Shown here: piece by piece, positions 35,976-44,780 of the stretch
How the letters are laid out: every line of letters starts with the position of its first letter
How positions within the stretch are numbered: position 1 is the stretch's first letter
Assembly: GCA_020441855.1 (NCBI GenBank)
Contig: JAGRLL010000005.1
Coordinates: 13,125-77,124 of the forward strand
Direction: 5' to 3'
DNA from: Nitratireductor sp.
GTDB lineage: Bacteria; Pseudomonadota; Alphaproteobacteria; Rhizobiales; Rhizobiaceae
DNA: 64,000 nucleotides
Notes under the pieces: generated by a model
Database searches by the model: none
Told to the model about the DNA's origin: nothing
The model's input: the letters and a program-made list of their open reading frames with translations, nothing else
Translations under genes and position numbers: made by a program

Positions 35976-36969
35976 CGGGCACGATCTCCGCGAATTCCTT
36001 CAAGGCTGCGAGCGCCACACCCACGATATCGACAAGCGCGATTGTCTTGCCGTCGCCGACGCCGAATACCTCCCTGAACTGCTGTGCCATCGGGCCGATA
36101 TGGGTTTCTTCCCCAAGCCCGACCTCTGGGCGATAGCGCCATTTCAGGATGTCGAGACGGCGCAAGCCTTCAAGCACAGACCCATCAAACGGTGCGATAT
36201 CGTACTTGGCGTTGGCGTCACTGAGCAGCGCAACGCCGACATTCGCAAGCGTGCCGTACAGCGCGTTCTTGGAATCCTGCTCCGCATTGTAGGCGTTGAC
36301 GTCATTGCCGTAGGCCTGGCTGATCAGGCCCGCCATGTCGATGCCCGTGGACGTAGGAGCCGTGATCGTGTTCTGGGACGGATTAACCCCGGTAAGCGCC
36401 GTGATGAGTTCCGAAAGGCTGTTTTTCCTTGCGTCTGACGCAAGGTTGTATTGCCTGCTCTGCTCCGAGCCGGCGGCCTGCGTTGCGCCACGCATCAATT
36501 GTTCTTCTTCACCGGTCCTGCGGCGCTGGATGTCGTCGAGCACCGTTGAGCCGGCCTCGCCGATCAGCGGAATTCCACGGTCGGAAAGGTTCTGGATAAG
36601 GCGACGGTCTTCCTGCTCGCGCTGAGGTTTCAGATTGTAGAGCGCGCTGTCGAAGATCGATTTGGCTATGTCGGAGGTATCGTTGATCGTCGGTCGGTCA
36701 GCCATGCCCTGACCAAGGATTGAATTGATCAGATCGAGCGTACCGCCTTCGCGTGTCTGTCGCAGTTCGCTTTGAAACGGTGTCTCCTGGATCTGCGCGG
36801 AATGCTCCGTTGCATTCGGATCGGCGACGAAATTGCCGTTGGCGTCCGTGGTGCCGAAAACCAGATTGCCCGTCGGGCTGAACACCGAGAAATTGCCGTT
36901 GCGGAACTGTGCCGCCGCCGTCTCCTCAGCGCTTGGTGCCTTCGGTCGATCGTTGCTTTTCTTGCCCAT
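35959..36969 (-). CDS. Structural protein with C-terminal Peptidase_S74-like intramolecular chaperone domain
   Basis: C-terminus HIGPMAQQFREVFGVGDGKTIALVDIVGVALAALKEF matches the endosialidase/tail-fibre chaperone pattern. Start taken at MGKKSND (36969); listed start 37074. Confidence 0.55.
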   Translation of the reverse strand: MGKKSNDRPKAPSAEETAAAQFRNGNFSVFSPTGNLVFGTTDANGNFVADPNATEHSAQIQETPFQSELRQTREGGTLDLINSILGQGMADRPTINDTSDIAKSIFDSALYNLKPQREQEDRRLIQNLSDRGIPLIGEAGSTVLDDIQRRRTGEEEQLMRGATQAAGSEQSRQYNLASDARKNSLSELITALTGVNPSQNTITAPTSTGIDMAGLISQAYGNDVNAYNAEQDSKNALYGTLANVGVALLSDANAKYDIAPFDGSVLEGLRRLDILKWRYRPEVGLGEETHIGPMAQQFREVFGVGDGKTIALVDIVGVALAALKEFAEIVPDVRHA

Positions 36970-37432
36970 GGAGCCACCTGCAATCTGCTTCGAGCATGCC
37001 GTAGACCATGAGATCGGAATGGTCCGTGGCACCCTGTCTAAGCCGTCCCTCGACCTTGAAGCCGGCCTTTTCACACCATCGCGCCGAAGCGAGATTGTCC
37101 TCGGCGACCAGGCATGTGATCCGATGCAATTCTAGGCTCTCGAACGCATACGCGAATAAACCGGCCATCACCTTTCTGGTGGTCCAACGCCCCGGTCGTG
37201 ACGACGCCCCGGTCATCATTGCACCGGACCCGACGAAGAAATGAAAACACGCCCCGGTGACGAGATTGTCGGAGCCGTCCAGGATGCCGACGCATCGGAA
37301 TTCGCCATCCGGTTCGAAGACCGAGCCTAAATGTTGTTGGATGAAGGAAAGAACCGCTTTGTCTGCGTTGAACAGCAGGCGTCCTACCTTGAACGGGCGA
37401 GGCCCACCGTCCTGGCCTTTGTCGCGATCCAT
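36926..37432 (-). CDS. GNAT family N-acetyltransferase (RimJ/RimL-like)
   Basis: LHRITCLVAEDNLASARWCEKAGFKVEGRLR is a typical GNAT motif A/B region. Confidence 0.7.
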   Translation of the reverse strand: MDRDKGQDGGPRPFKVGRLLFNADKAVLSFIQQHLGSVFEPDGEFRCVGILDGSDNLVTGACFHFFVGSGAMMTGASSRPGRWTTRKVMAGLFAYAFESLELHRITCLVAEDNLASARWCEKAGFKVEGRLRQGATDHSDLMVYGMLEADCRWLHGQEKQRSTEGTKR

Positions 37433-38889
37433 TTGATTTCCTCGATGTACCGGTTCTCGACCGACATCCTGAACTGCAACGCCTCGCCCTCGCCGGAAGC
37501 GGAAAGTTCGTCATCGCAAACGCCGTCAAGCGGATCGAGTTGCCATTCCTGCTCAACCTCCCCGATTGCCGTGGCGCTCTCGCGATAATCGGATAGGATT
37601 GAAAGGGTCAGGAAAATCCCGCTCTCGCAGCCGAAGACGTATTGGATGCCATCCACGGAGGCGCCCTTTGACCCGGCCGGCAACCAGTCGGAATGCCATT
37701 CTCCGGTGATAAACGCGCCCCCATCGGAATAGCCTGACCACGCCTTGCAGATCTCGCCGGCAGATGTGACGAACCACATGGTCTTGCCGCCGCGCGCCAT
37801 TTCCACAATGGGCAGGTCGAATTCATAGGGTTTGAGATTGCTCGCCGCAAAGAAGGCCTGCCGCGACCCCGTCGACGTTGGCATGTTGAACCAGACCCCG
37901 TAGCCCTTTGGATCAATCATGGCCTGCCAGTATCGATCCTTGCCCGTCACCGCGCCGGCCTCGATGAACCATGGAATGATGTTGCGCGCCACCGTTGTCG
38001 TCGCCGTGGCCGATGCTTCTCCCGCGGTCAGCATTTCAGACGCCGAGACGATACCTTGCTTGGTTGCAATCCTCAGATCACCGCCGACATTGACCCAACC
38101 GTCGGCCCCCGGAACCGCTCCGATGTGATAGATTCCGTTCAGGCGCCAGTTCAGCGCGTCGCCAGGATCGTTTCCTTCGTAAACCGCGACCTGACCAGTT
38201 GTGGTGATGATCGCAAGCAGGTCGTTGGTACCCTGCGAGGCGTCGACGGTCCATGATGCCATGGCGCGTATCGATCCGGTTAGTCTGGCAAGGAAGGAAA
38301 GCGAGAATTTCTTGACTTCGCCCTGGATCGCATCGGTGCCGAGATAGAAGAAATCCAGACTGTTCTCCTGCCACATGAACAAGCGGTTCTGATGGCCGAG
38401 AATGCCGGCCCAGACATACGCCGCATAATCTCCGGTCAGCGCCGCCGACGTGAGACTCAATCCATCGAAATGCTTGATCCCGGCATTGGTGCCGTCGACG
38501 ACGCACAGACGCCCTGAATTGATCGCTCCTGACAATTGTTTGGCCGGCGACAACCCCGAGGACCGCGCAATGGGGACGATGGTGTCGTCTTCGCCGATAT
38601 TCAGCGCCCAGCCGTCGGCGTCGATCGCAAGACACCCGGCCGCCGCCGGCAGGTCGTAGCCCAGGATAGATACCGGCGCCGTCCGTGTTTTTAGCACCGA
38701 GTAACCTTGCCGCATGCTCATGCGCCCATCGAGCGGGAAGAAGTTCAACGCCTTCCTTGCCTCTCCCTTTTTCAGGCCGCCATAGGGTGCGCTGAGATTG
38801 ACCCCGCCAAACGGCAGGGGAATTGGGTTTGGATCGGAGCGCTGTCGCGCGCCCTGTTGCCTGATCAGGTCGTTGAGGTTTGCTCGCAT
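37384..38889 (-). CDS. Virion structural protein (tail/nozzle-like by position)
   Basis: 501 aa in the structural operon. No motif recognised. Confidence 0.45.
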   Translation of the reverse strand: MRANLNDLIRQQGARQRSDPNPIPLPFGGVNLSAPYGGLKKGEARKALNFFPLDGRMSMRQGYSVLKTRTAPVSILGYDLPAAAGCLAIDADGWALNIGEDDTIVPIARSSGLSPAKQLSGAINSGRLCVVDGTNAGIKHFDGLSLTSAALTGDYAAYVWAGILGHQNRLFMWQENSLDFFYLGTDAIQGEVKKFSLSFLARLTGSIRAMASWTVDASQGTNDLLAIITTTGQVAVYEGNDPGDALNWRLNGIYHIGAVPGADGWVNVGGDLRIATKQGIVSASEMLTAGEASATATTTVARNIIPWFIEAGAVTGKDRYWQAMIDPKGYGVWFNMPTSTGSRQAFFAASNLKPYEFDLPIVEMARGGKTMWFVTSAGEICKAWSGYSDGGAFITGEWHSDWLPAGSKGASVDGIQYVFGCESGIFLTLSILSDYRESATAIGEVEQEWQLDPLDGVCDDELSASGEGEALQFRMSVENRYIEEIKWIATKARTVGLARSR

Positions 38890-38893
38890 CGCT

Positions 38894-39496
38894 TCAAGCC
38901 TTGATTATGGGCCGCAGCCCGATAACGGGCGGCAGAATATCGATCTCCTCGCCCCCGCCGGCATCGCCGATTGAAATTCCGGTTGTGCCTTCTTCGGCGG
39001 TAAGGGATGCGGAAAAGGCCTGCGTTCCCTCGGCGACATCTCCCGGCAGAATCGTTGCATCAAGACCGGCGGTGTAGTCGTATGGGATATCGATATCACC
39101 GGTGACGGAGTGAGAGTGGCCGGGATCGGACACCCCATGGCTATGTGCCGGCAATTGCGCGGTTTCCAGCGTGATGTTCCTGTTGCCAGCCGTGCCAAGA
39201 AGGCTTGTGACATGCGTGCCGATGCCAATGGGAATGCGGTCCCTGAGATCGGGAAGCGTGGTCGACCCGAGAGCAGCATAGAGGTCCGGGTAGATCCCGG
39301 CATCGAATGAACCGCCTTCGGCATAAAGCCAGCCATCCGGAAGGCTCGCCGATGAAGCGATGAAAAGCACGGACCCGGCCGGGACCATGTTGGCGACCAG
39401 CCAGTCCCTGAAATTCGACATGTCCCTTACGTCATAGGTCCGGGTGTAGATCCTTGTAAGAGCCGTGGTCAGCGAGGAAATGCCGATGAACGCCAT
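38894..39496 (-). CDS. Phage tail collar domain protein
   Basis: LPDGWLYAEGGSFDAGIYPDLYAALGSTTLPDLRDRIPIG matches the Collar/MdpB-type motif. Confidence 0.7.
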   Translation of the reverse strand: MAFIGISSLTTALTRIYTRTYDVRDMSNFRDWLVANMVPAGSVLFIASSASLPDGWLYAEGGSFDAGIYPDLYAALGSTTLPDLRDRIPIGIGTHVTSLLGTAGNRNITLETAQLPAHSHGVSDPGHSHSVTGDIDIPYDYTAGLDATILPGDVAEGTQAFSASLTAEEGTTGISIGDAGGGEEIDILPPVIGLRPIIKA

Positions 39497-39508
39497 GACG
39501 CAAGTCCT

Positions 39509-40324
39509 CTAGATGTCTGCATCGCCCGTGGGATAGGTGTCGGACGCATCGCCGGTGATGTTGACCGCAAGTTCGCCTATCGGCCCGCGCCGCCTCTGCG
39601 TCACGCTGATATTGGCCGGACCGCCGTCATTGGTCGCAAAGGCGAAGTCCATGGCGCGCCGATATTGCTCCTCCTCAACGGCGTAAGGCTTGCCGCTGTC
39701 TCGCAAAAGGCGGAATCTGATGCCCTTGCGCAGCGTTTCGTCATCGAGAACGAAGGTGTCGTCGTTGCGCGTGAATGACGCCTTGTAGCCGGCCGCCGCA
39801 GCCGTGGCGTTCCAGTAACCAAGCCCCCAACTGAATGACCCCCAGACATAGCCGCCGGCGCCGTAAACCAGATAGTTCGAGATATAGTCGAACTCGTAGT
39901 TCACCCCGCTCGCGGTCGGGGTCGGGTTGATATAGATTTTCGATCCCTTGACGCGCCAGCGCGGCGTCACCCCGCTGCTGATGCTCCAGTTCTTGAAATA
40001 CCGCCAATCGCCAATACCGACCGGACCCATTCCGCGTTGCTTCGGCGGCGATCCAACTCCCCAGAAGGTTTCAGGAAGCAACCTGTGAAAGTCTGCAGGG
40101 AGGTCGTAGCTCTCCTGTCCGGCAACCGATGTGATGGTTGCCTGGGATTCAAGAGCATTCCACGACCGCTTCAAAAAATCCTCGACCGTCTCGAGAATGG
40201 CAAGTTCGGCGATCTCGACCGTTCTGGTCTTGCGCGCCGAAGCCGAAAACAGCGTGGTCACCGCCGGCAGGGATGTGCCGATGCGGGCCTGGTTGACGAT
40301 TTCCAGAATGCTCTTGCTACCCAT
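39509..40324 (-). CDS. Virion structural protein (adaptor/tail-like by position)
   Basis: In the structural operon. Contains a QESYDLPADF motif seen in phage neck/baseplate-like proteins. Confidence 0.4.
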   Translation of the reverse strand: MGSKSILEIVNQARIGTSLPAVTTLFSASARKTRTVEIAELAILETVEDFLKRSWNALESQATITSVAGQESYDLPADFHRLLPETFWGVGSPPKQRGMGPVGIGDWRYFKNWSISSGVTPRWRVKGSKIYINPTPTASGVNYEFDYISNYLVYGAGGYVWGSFSWGLGYWNATAAAAGYKASFTRNDDTFVLDDETLRKGIRFRLLRDSGKPYAVEEEQYRRAMDFAFATNDGGPANISVTQRRRGPIGELAVNITGDASDTYPTGDADI

Positions 40325-40328
40325 GGCC

Positions 40329-41138
40329 TTATTCTTCGGTTTCGTTCACAGCCTCGCCGAAGCCGGCCGGAAGTTCGTCCGAGCTGCCCTCATCGGCGAC
40401 AGGCTCGATATTCTGCGGCGGCACCCTTGGATCGGGCACCACCGGCGCGCGCTCGACCTCGGGCGGGGCGGCAGGCGCAGTGATTGCGGCGGGCTCCGCG
40501 CCGTTCATTGCGATCGACGAGAGTTTGCGTTCAAGCTCGGCGATGCGCCTGTCCTTTTCGGCTTCGGACCTGCCCTGCTCGGCGATTTGCTCGTTGAGCT
40601 TGTCGATCTCGACCGCCATCATGGTGGCCGAACCCTTGTTGACCGCATCCGAAGTCCATTTCCGGGCCATTTCACGGAGATCGAAGGCACCGGGCCCGAT
40701 AACGGCAAGGACGCCGTCATGGGCGGCCGCAAGCTGCTCGACGGTATAGACCTTGTTGAATTTCAGGACTTCGGAGAACTCGCGCGTGATCGAAGGCCAC
40801 TGGTCCAGCGGCGTGCCGTCGATCAGTTCAGAGGACGCCTGTTTCGTGGCCTTGTACTTGTTGAACTGCTCGAGCCAGCCCTTGGAGGCAAGCCATTGCT
40901 CCTTGGTCAGGACCTGGCCGTTGATACCGGGCCTGTCCTTGACTTCGTAGGTCACGAAATTCTTGCGGTCGCCGGGGGTGTAGACGTCGACGAACATCAT
41001 GGTCTTGAAGACCGGCTGCCCGTTCTCATCAAAAATACCCATGTTCTTGGTCTTTTCGTAGAACATCAGGTGATTTCCTGCGCCGACCTGCGGCAGGGAT
41101 GCATTGCGGATTCCGGCAAGAACGTCTGGATTGTTCAT
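40329..41138 (-). CDS. Hypothetical virion-module protein with coiled coil and acidic C-terminus
   Basis: Start taken at MNNPDVL (41138); listed start 41177. Confidence 0.45.
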   Translation of the reverse strand: MNNPDVLAGIRNASLPQVGAGNHLMFYEKTKNMGIFDENGQPVFKTMMFVDVYTPGDRKNFVTYEVKDRPGINGQVLTKEQWLASKGWLEQFNKYKATKQASSELIDGTPLDQWPSITREFSEVLKFNKVYTVEQLAAAHDGVLAVIGPGAFDLREMARKWTSDAVNKGSATMMAVEIDKLNEQIAEQGRSEAEKDRRIAELERKLSSIAMNGAEPAAITAPAAPPEVERAPVVPDPRVPPQNIEPVADEGSSDELPAGFGEAVNETEE

Positions 41139-41151
41139 TGTTGGCGACCTT

Positions 41152-41769
41152 TCAAGCGATGTTCGGCAGCGCACCAACGCTACCCATGGCTGGGTTGATC
41201 ATTCGCATGCCGCCGGCGCAGCCATAACGCCCGGCGATGTGTTGCGACATAAAAAGGGGCTGGCCTTCCGGCTGAACGATCTCGCCAATAATCCCGTAGG
41301 CAAGGCCGAGATTGAACAGTACGGAAGCCCGCTCGTTGGCGTATTCAAGCGCGCCGCGCATATGAACGCCGTAGATCCCGAGCCTGTCGATTTCCTCGCC
41401 CATCTCGCAGTGCTCGAAGAGCGCATGGGCGATCATGTAGGCGATGGAGTTTTCCAGAAGCGCGATCGGGAGAAATGCCATGATTTCTTCCACCGGAAGC
41501 ACTTTGGCGTTGGAAAAGCGATGTGTCCTTGAGGAGGGGCACCAGACCTCGTGATCACGATAGAGCGGTCTGGACCGTCTGTACCAAGTCGCCTCGAATT
41601 CGGAACTCCTGGGACTTTCGTCCCAGTGCTCCTGTTCGTGAACGTCATAGAGGCGGTCCACACGTGAATAGGAAACCCAGGGCAGTCCCCAAATTTCCCA
41701 TTCGCGGTCCTGATAAGGCGCAAGGGCGGAGGTTCCGCCCTTGGCCACGATGGCGACGCTACGCCCCAT
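41152..41769 (-). CDS. Hypothetical protein (enzyme-like, unknown family)
   Basis: Complete ORF between capsid-proximal genes. N-terminal VAIVAKGGTS beta-strand/Gly loop. Confidence 0.4.
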   Translation of the reverse strand: MGRSVAIVAKGGTSALAPYQDREWEIWGLPWVSYSRVDRLYDVHEQEHWDESPRSSEFEATWYRRSRPLYRDHEVWCPSSRTHRFSNAKVLPVEEIMAFLPIALLENSIAYMIAHALFEHCEMGEEIDRLGIYGVHMRGALEYANERASVLFNLGLAYGIIGEIVQPEGQPLFMSQHIAGRYGCAGGMRMINPAMGSVGALPNIA

Positions 41770-41771
41770 GA

Positions 41772-42269
41772 TCAGGTGTCGCCGAGCTCGTTCTTGTCGG
41801 TGACGAACGGGCGGGCGATCTCGACATCGGCGAGGTTGGTGTCCGTGTCGTCTTCACTGGCCCATTTCGCGTTCCAGACCCGGTCGCCAGCGACAAGGGC
41901 GTCGTCGCAAACACCGGCTGAACCGCTGAGATAGACCCTGCCGTTGTCGGCGACATCGGCGGCCTTGGCCTGGGGCTTGCCGTCGATCTGATACCAGCCG
42001 TACTCGCCAGTCACGATGGCGGCCGATGCGACGGCGACCGGGCCGATGGCATTGGCCGCGGACAGCGCCGTGGAATAGTCGTCGGTATTGTAGGTCACCC
42101 ACGACCCCAGAACGGTGGAGTCCAGACCCTTGAGCCAGATGAATTCGCCGGAGCCGCGATCCGGATCGCTTGCCTGAACGATTGTGCCGAGCGGCAGGTT
42201 CTGCGCATCGGCATATGCCTCGCCAATTGCGGGGAGGCCGATGCGATTCTCCGTGATCTTGTATGCCAT
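41772..42269 (-). CDS. Capsid-associated (decoration/cement-like) protein
   Basis: Directly downstream of the major capsid gene. DUF2190-like size and composition (weak call). Confidence 0.4.
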   Translation of the reverse strand: MAYKITENRIGLPAIGEAYADAQNLPLGTIVQASDPDRGSGEFIWLKGLDSTVLGSWVTYNTDDYSTALSAANAIGPVAVASAAIVTGEYGWYQIDGKPQAKAADVADNGRVYLSGSAGVCDDALVAGDRVWNAKWASEDDTDTNLADVEIARPFVTDKNELGDT

Positions 42270-42332
42270 TTGCCTTGATCCTTCTGAAAGGACGGCGCCG
42301 GGGTGGCGCCGTCGCTGTTGCGTTTCAGCCGG

Positions 42333-43301
42333 TCAGGGCTGGATGCGGCCCTGCAGGAAGCGGTTCGACATCGTCATGTTCCCCGCCCAGGCAATCAGTT
42401 CGACAAAAGCGTCCTGATTGACCGTGGTCCTGCGATCGAGGGGGACGAAGTTCCGCTTCGTATGCGTGCAGAGATAGAGATGCTTGGTGTTCAGACCGAA
42501 CATCCCTGCCGGTGCATTGCCGCCGTAACCGCCGTCGAGCACGACATCGGCGTTCATGAACTTCAACGACGTGAAGCCGGCGCCGGCAGCACCATCGCCA
42601 GACATCGTCGAAACGCGCTGGATGGCCTGCAGCGACTGCCAGTAGTAGTCGAAGTAGGTGTTGTCGGCGATGATCAGGTCGATCATGTCCATGCCGCGCC
42701 GGGTATTCATCCAGAGCTGGTTCATGGCGGCCTGAATCGTGGTCTTCGACGGCGTGATCGCAAGGGCAGAGAAATCGTAGACGTAGTTCTGCCAGAACGA
42801 CCATGTGTTGCCGGAGATGCCGCCAACGGTATTGGTCGGCGTGCCGGCGACGAGCAGTTCGAGGCCGCCAAGCTGCTGGCCGCCATCGCCGGTGCCGTCA
42901 CCGTAGATCGCTTCCGACATCTTGTTGGCCATGGTGGTCTTGGCGTTCTCGATGCGGCCATCGAGAAGACCGATCACGCGCTCTGGACCGTCGTTCTTCA
43001 GTTCTTCCAGACCGGACATCGAAACCGCCGCGGCGGCCTGCTTCCAGTCATATTCCGCCGCCGAGAAAACCTCTTTCGGCGAAACATCGATGGTGCCGTA
43101 GCCGGTGTACCAGGTGAAGCGGCCCTCGGCGTAGGAGAGTTCCTCCACCAGGGTCTCACCGCCCGGAATGATCTTGTGCTTGCCGCGCGCCTTGAGGCGC
43201 TTGAGCACTGCGTTGTTGTCCGAAACGTTGTCGCTGATCTCCTTGGAGCGGTGCTTCAAGGTCGTGGTGACGACATCGTTCCAACTTGCATTCGCTGCCA
43301 T
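42333..43301 (-). CDS. Major capsid protein
   Basis: 322 aa, directly after the scaffold gene in terL-portal-scaffold-capsid order. Confidence 0.7.
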   Translation of the reverse strand: MAANASWNDVVTTTLKHRSKEISDNVSDNNAVLKRLKARGKHKIIPGGETLVEELSYAEGRFTWYTGYGTIDVSPKEVFSAAEYDWKQAAAAVSMSGLEELKNDGPERVIGLLDGRIENAKTTMANKMSEAIYGDGTGDGGQQLGGLELLVAGTPTNTVGGISGNTWSFWQNYVYDFSALAITPSKTTIQAAMNQLWMNTRRGMDMIDLIIADNTYFDYYWQSLQAIQRVSTMSGDGAAGAGFTSLKFMNADVVLDGGYGGNAPAGMFGLNTKHLYLCTHTKRNFVPLDRRTTVNQDAFVELIAWAGNMTMSNRFLQGRIQP

Positions 43302-43347
43302 TGGACTAAGCCCTTTCTATTGTTCGAGGGCTTGTCCTGCGGCTCGG

Positions 43348-44448
43348 TCAGATCATGTGGTGCGCCCTTGCGGCGGCCCTGATGATCTCCTTGCCAGGCA
43401 AGTCCTCAAGTTTCGGGGGCCTGTCGGTCGCCTCGTCGTCGGACCGAACCGATGATGAAGCGCGCTTGGCCTTCGCGAGGTCCGCCTGCTTCTTTTTCGC
43501 AGTCTCGGCCTCGTCTGCCTTTTTCTTATCGGCCTCGACGAGCGCGCTAATTTCGGGGTTCAGTTTCACCGCCATGTCGTAGACCTTGCCGAGTTCGATC
43601 GGCTGGCCAGTGGAGCGCAGCGAGTTGATGACGCTCATCATCTCGGTTTTCAGTGCGTCGAAATGCGGCCGCAGCGGCTTGCCCTCGGCATCCTTGGCGG
43701 TCCGGAAGGTCTCGATACGGTCAGCCCAAACCGCCTGATCCGCCGCGAGCTTGGGATCGGTCGCCTGCTCCTGCGGCTTTGGTGCGGTCTCGAGGCGTTT
43801 CTGCAGGTCGGCCACGGTCTTCTGCAATTCCTTGACCTTCGGGTCGGCAAACGGGTCGTCGTCATCGTCCGATGCGGCGTCGCTCTCGGACCTTGCCGGC
43901 GCCGGCTCCTCCTTCTTCTCGACCAGTGTTGCAGGGTCAATGTTGAGAGAGGTCAGCATGTGGCGGGCATATCCCTGCGGGTCGCGCTGCGAGAACTGGA
44001 AAAGATCGATCCAGCCCTTGACGATCTGCGGTACGGACATGCCGGATTGCTTAACAGCATCGGCATAGGGTTCGAACAGCTTCGATACCTCACCGCCAAG
44101 CGAGGCAGATTCCGCCGGGGTCGCCTTCTTCTCGATCAACGCCCGCAATTCAGGACTTGCCGCGTTGAGAACCGCGCGATCGTCCTCGTCCCAGTCCGAA
44201 CCGAATTCTGACGCCTTGTCGGCATCCTTGTCCTTGGCTTCGGCTTCCTCGGCCGATTTTTCCTGCTTTTCGTCGCCGCCCTGCTCGTCCGCAGCGATAC
44301 CCTCATCCTCGCGGATCTGCTCCACAATGGTATCGTCGATATCGGCAGTGACGTCGGCTTCCGGTTCGAATGTGCCGCCCTGGTCCTCAAAGGCCTTGCG
44401 CATGATGTCTGCGCCGGAAAGCTGCTGGTCTTCGGTCTTCGTGTTCAT
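43348..44448 (-). CDS. Scaffolding protein
   Basis: Acidic, Ala/Lys/Glu-rich helical protein. ATG 44448 overlaps the upstream stop (ATGA). The listed 465-aa ORF start is implausible. Confidence 0.6.
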   Translation of the reverse strand: MNTKTEDQQLSGADIMRKAFEDQGGTFEPEADVTADIDDTIVEQIREDEGIAADEQGGDEKQEKSAEEAEAKDKDADKASEFGSDWDEDDRAVLNAASPELRALIEKKATPAESASLGGEVSKLFEPYADAVKQSGMSVPQIVKGWIDLFQFSQRDPQGYARHMLTSLNIDPATLVEKKEEPAPARSESDAASDDDDDPFADPKVKELQKTVADLQKRLETAPKPQEQATDPKLAADQAVWADRIETFRTAKDAEGKPLRPHFDALKTEMMSVINSLRSTGQPIELGKVYDMAVKLNPEISALVEADKKKADEAETAKKKQADLAKAKRASSSVRSDDEATDRPPKLEDLPGKEIIRAAARAHHMI

Positions 44449-44780
44449 AGGACGTCCATCCCTACATCTCGTGCTGCTTGTTTGATCTGCTCGATGCTGC
44501 GTTTCTTCTGCGCAGCGGTGCGGACCGGTTGGTGTTTCTTTGGTCTCTCGTTTCCGAGCTCGACCAGGTCGTGGCGTCTGAGGTGATCGCGGTGTTTGGA
44601 CCGCGACGTGATCACCTCCCCGGTAACCATGGATTTGTACGGCTCGATGTCGCGGATCAGGCGCGGCGAGGGCAGATCGGAAGCATTTGCCCCGGCATCG
44701 GATCGGACCGCCTGCCGCCTCGCATAGACCTCGGGCGACACCCATTCCTTGGCGACCTTGTCGAATACGCTACGCGCCAT
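44445..44780 (-). CDS. Small basic head-module protein
   Basis: Lies between the portal and scaffold genes. Confidence 0.45.
   Translation of the reverse strand: MARSVFDKVAKEWVSPEVYARRQAVRSDAGANASDLPSPRLIRDIEPYKSMVTGEVITSRSKHRDHLRRHDLVELGNERPKKHQPVRTAAQKKRSIEQIKQAARDVGMDVL

Noticed and set aside
40131-43382. Plus-strand ORFs 40131-41198 and 42303-43382
   Set aside because: They are antisense to the structural operon, including the major capsid gene. They are shadow ORFs in high-GC DNA.
43348-44745. Full 465-aa version of the scaffold ORF, and the 304-aa version of 22564-23478
   Set aside because: The N-terminal extensions overlap the upstream genes by 100-300 nt and are Arg/Pro-rich. Internal ATGs that overlap the upstream stops (ATGA/TAATG) are far more plausible.
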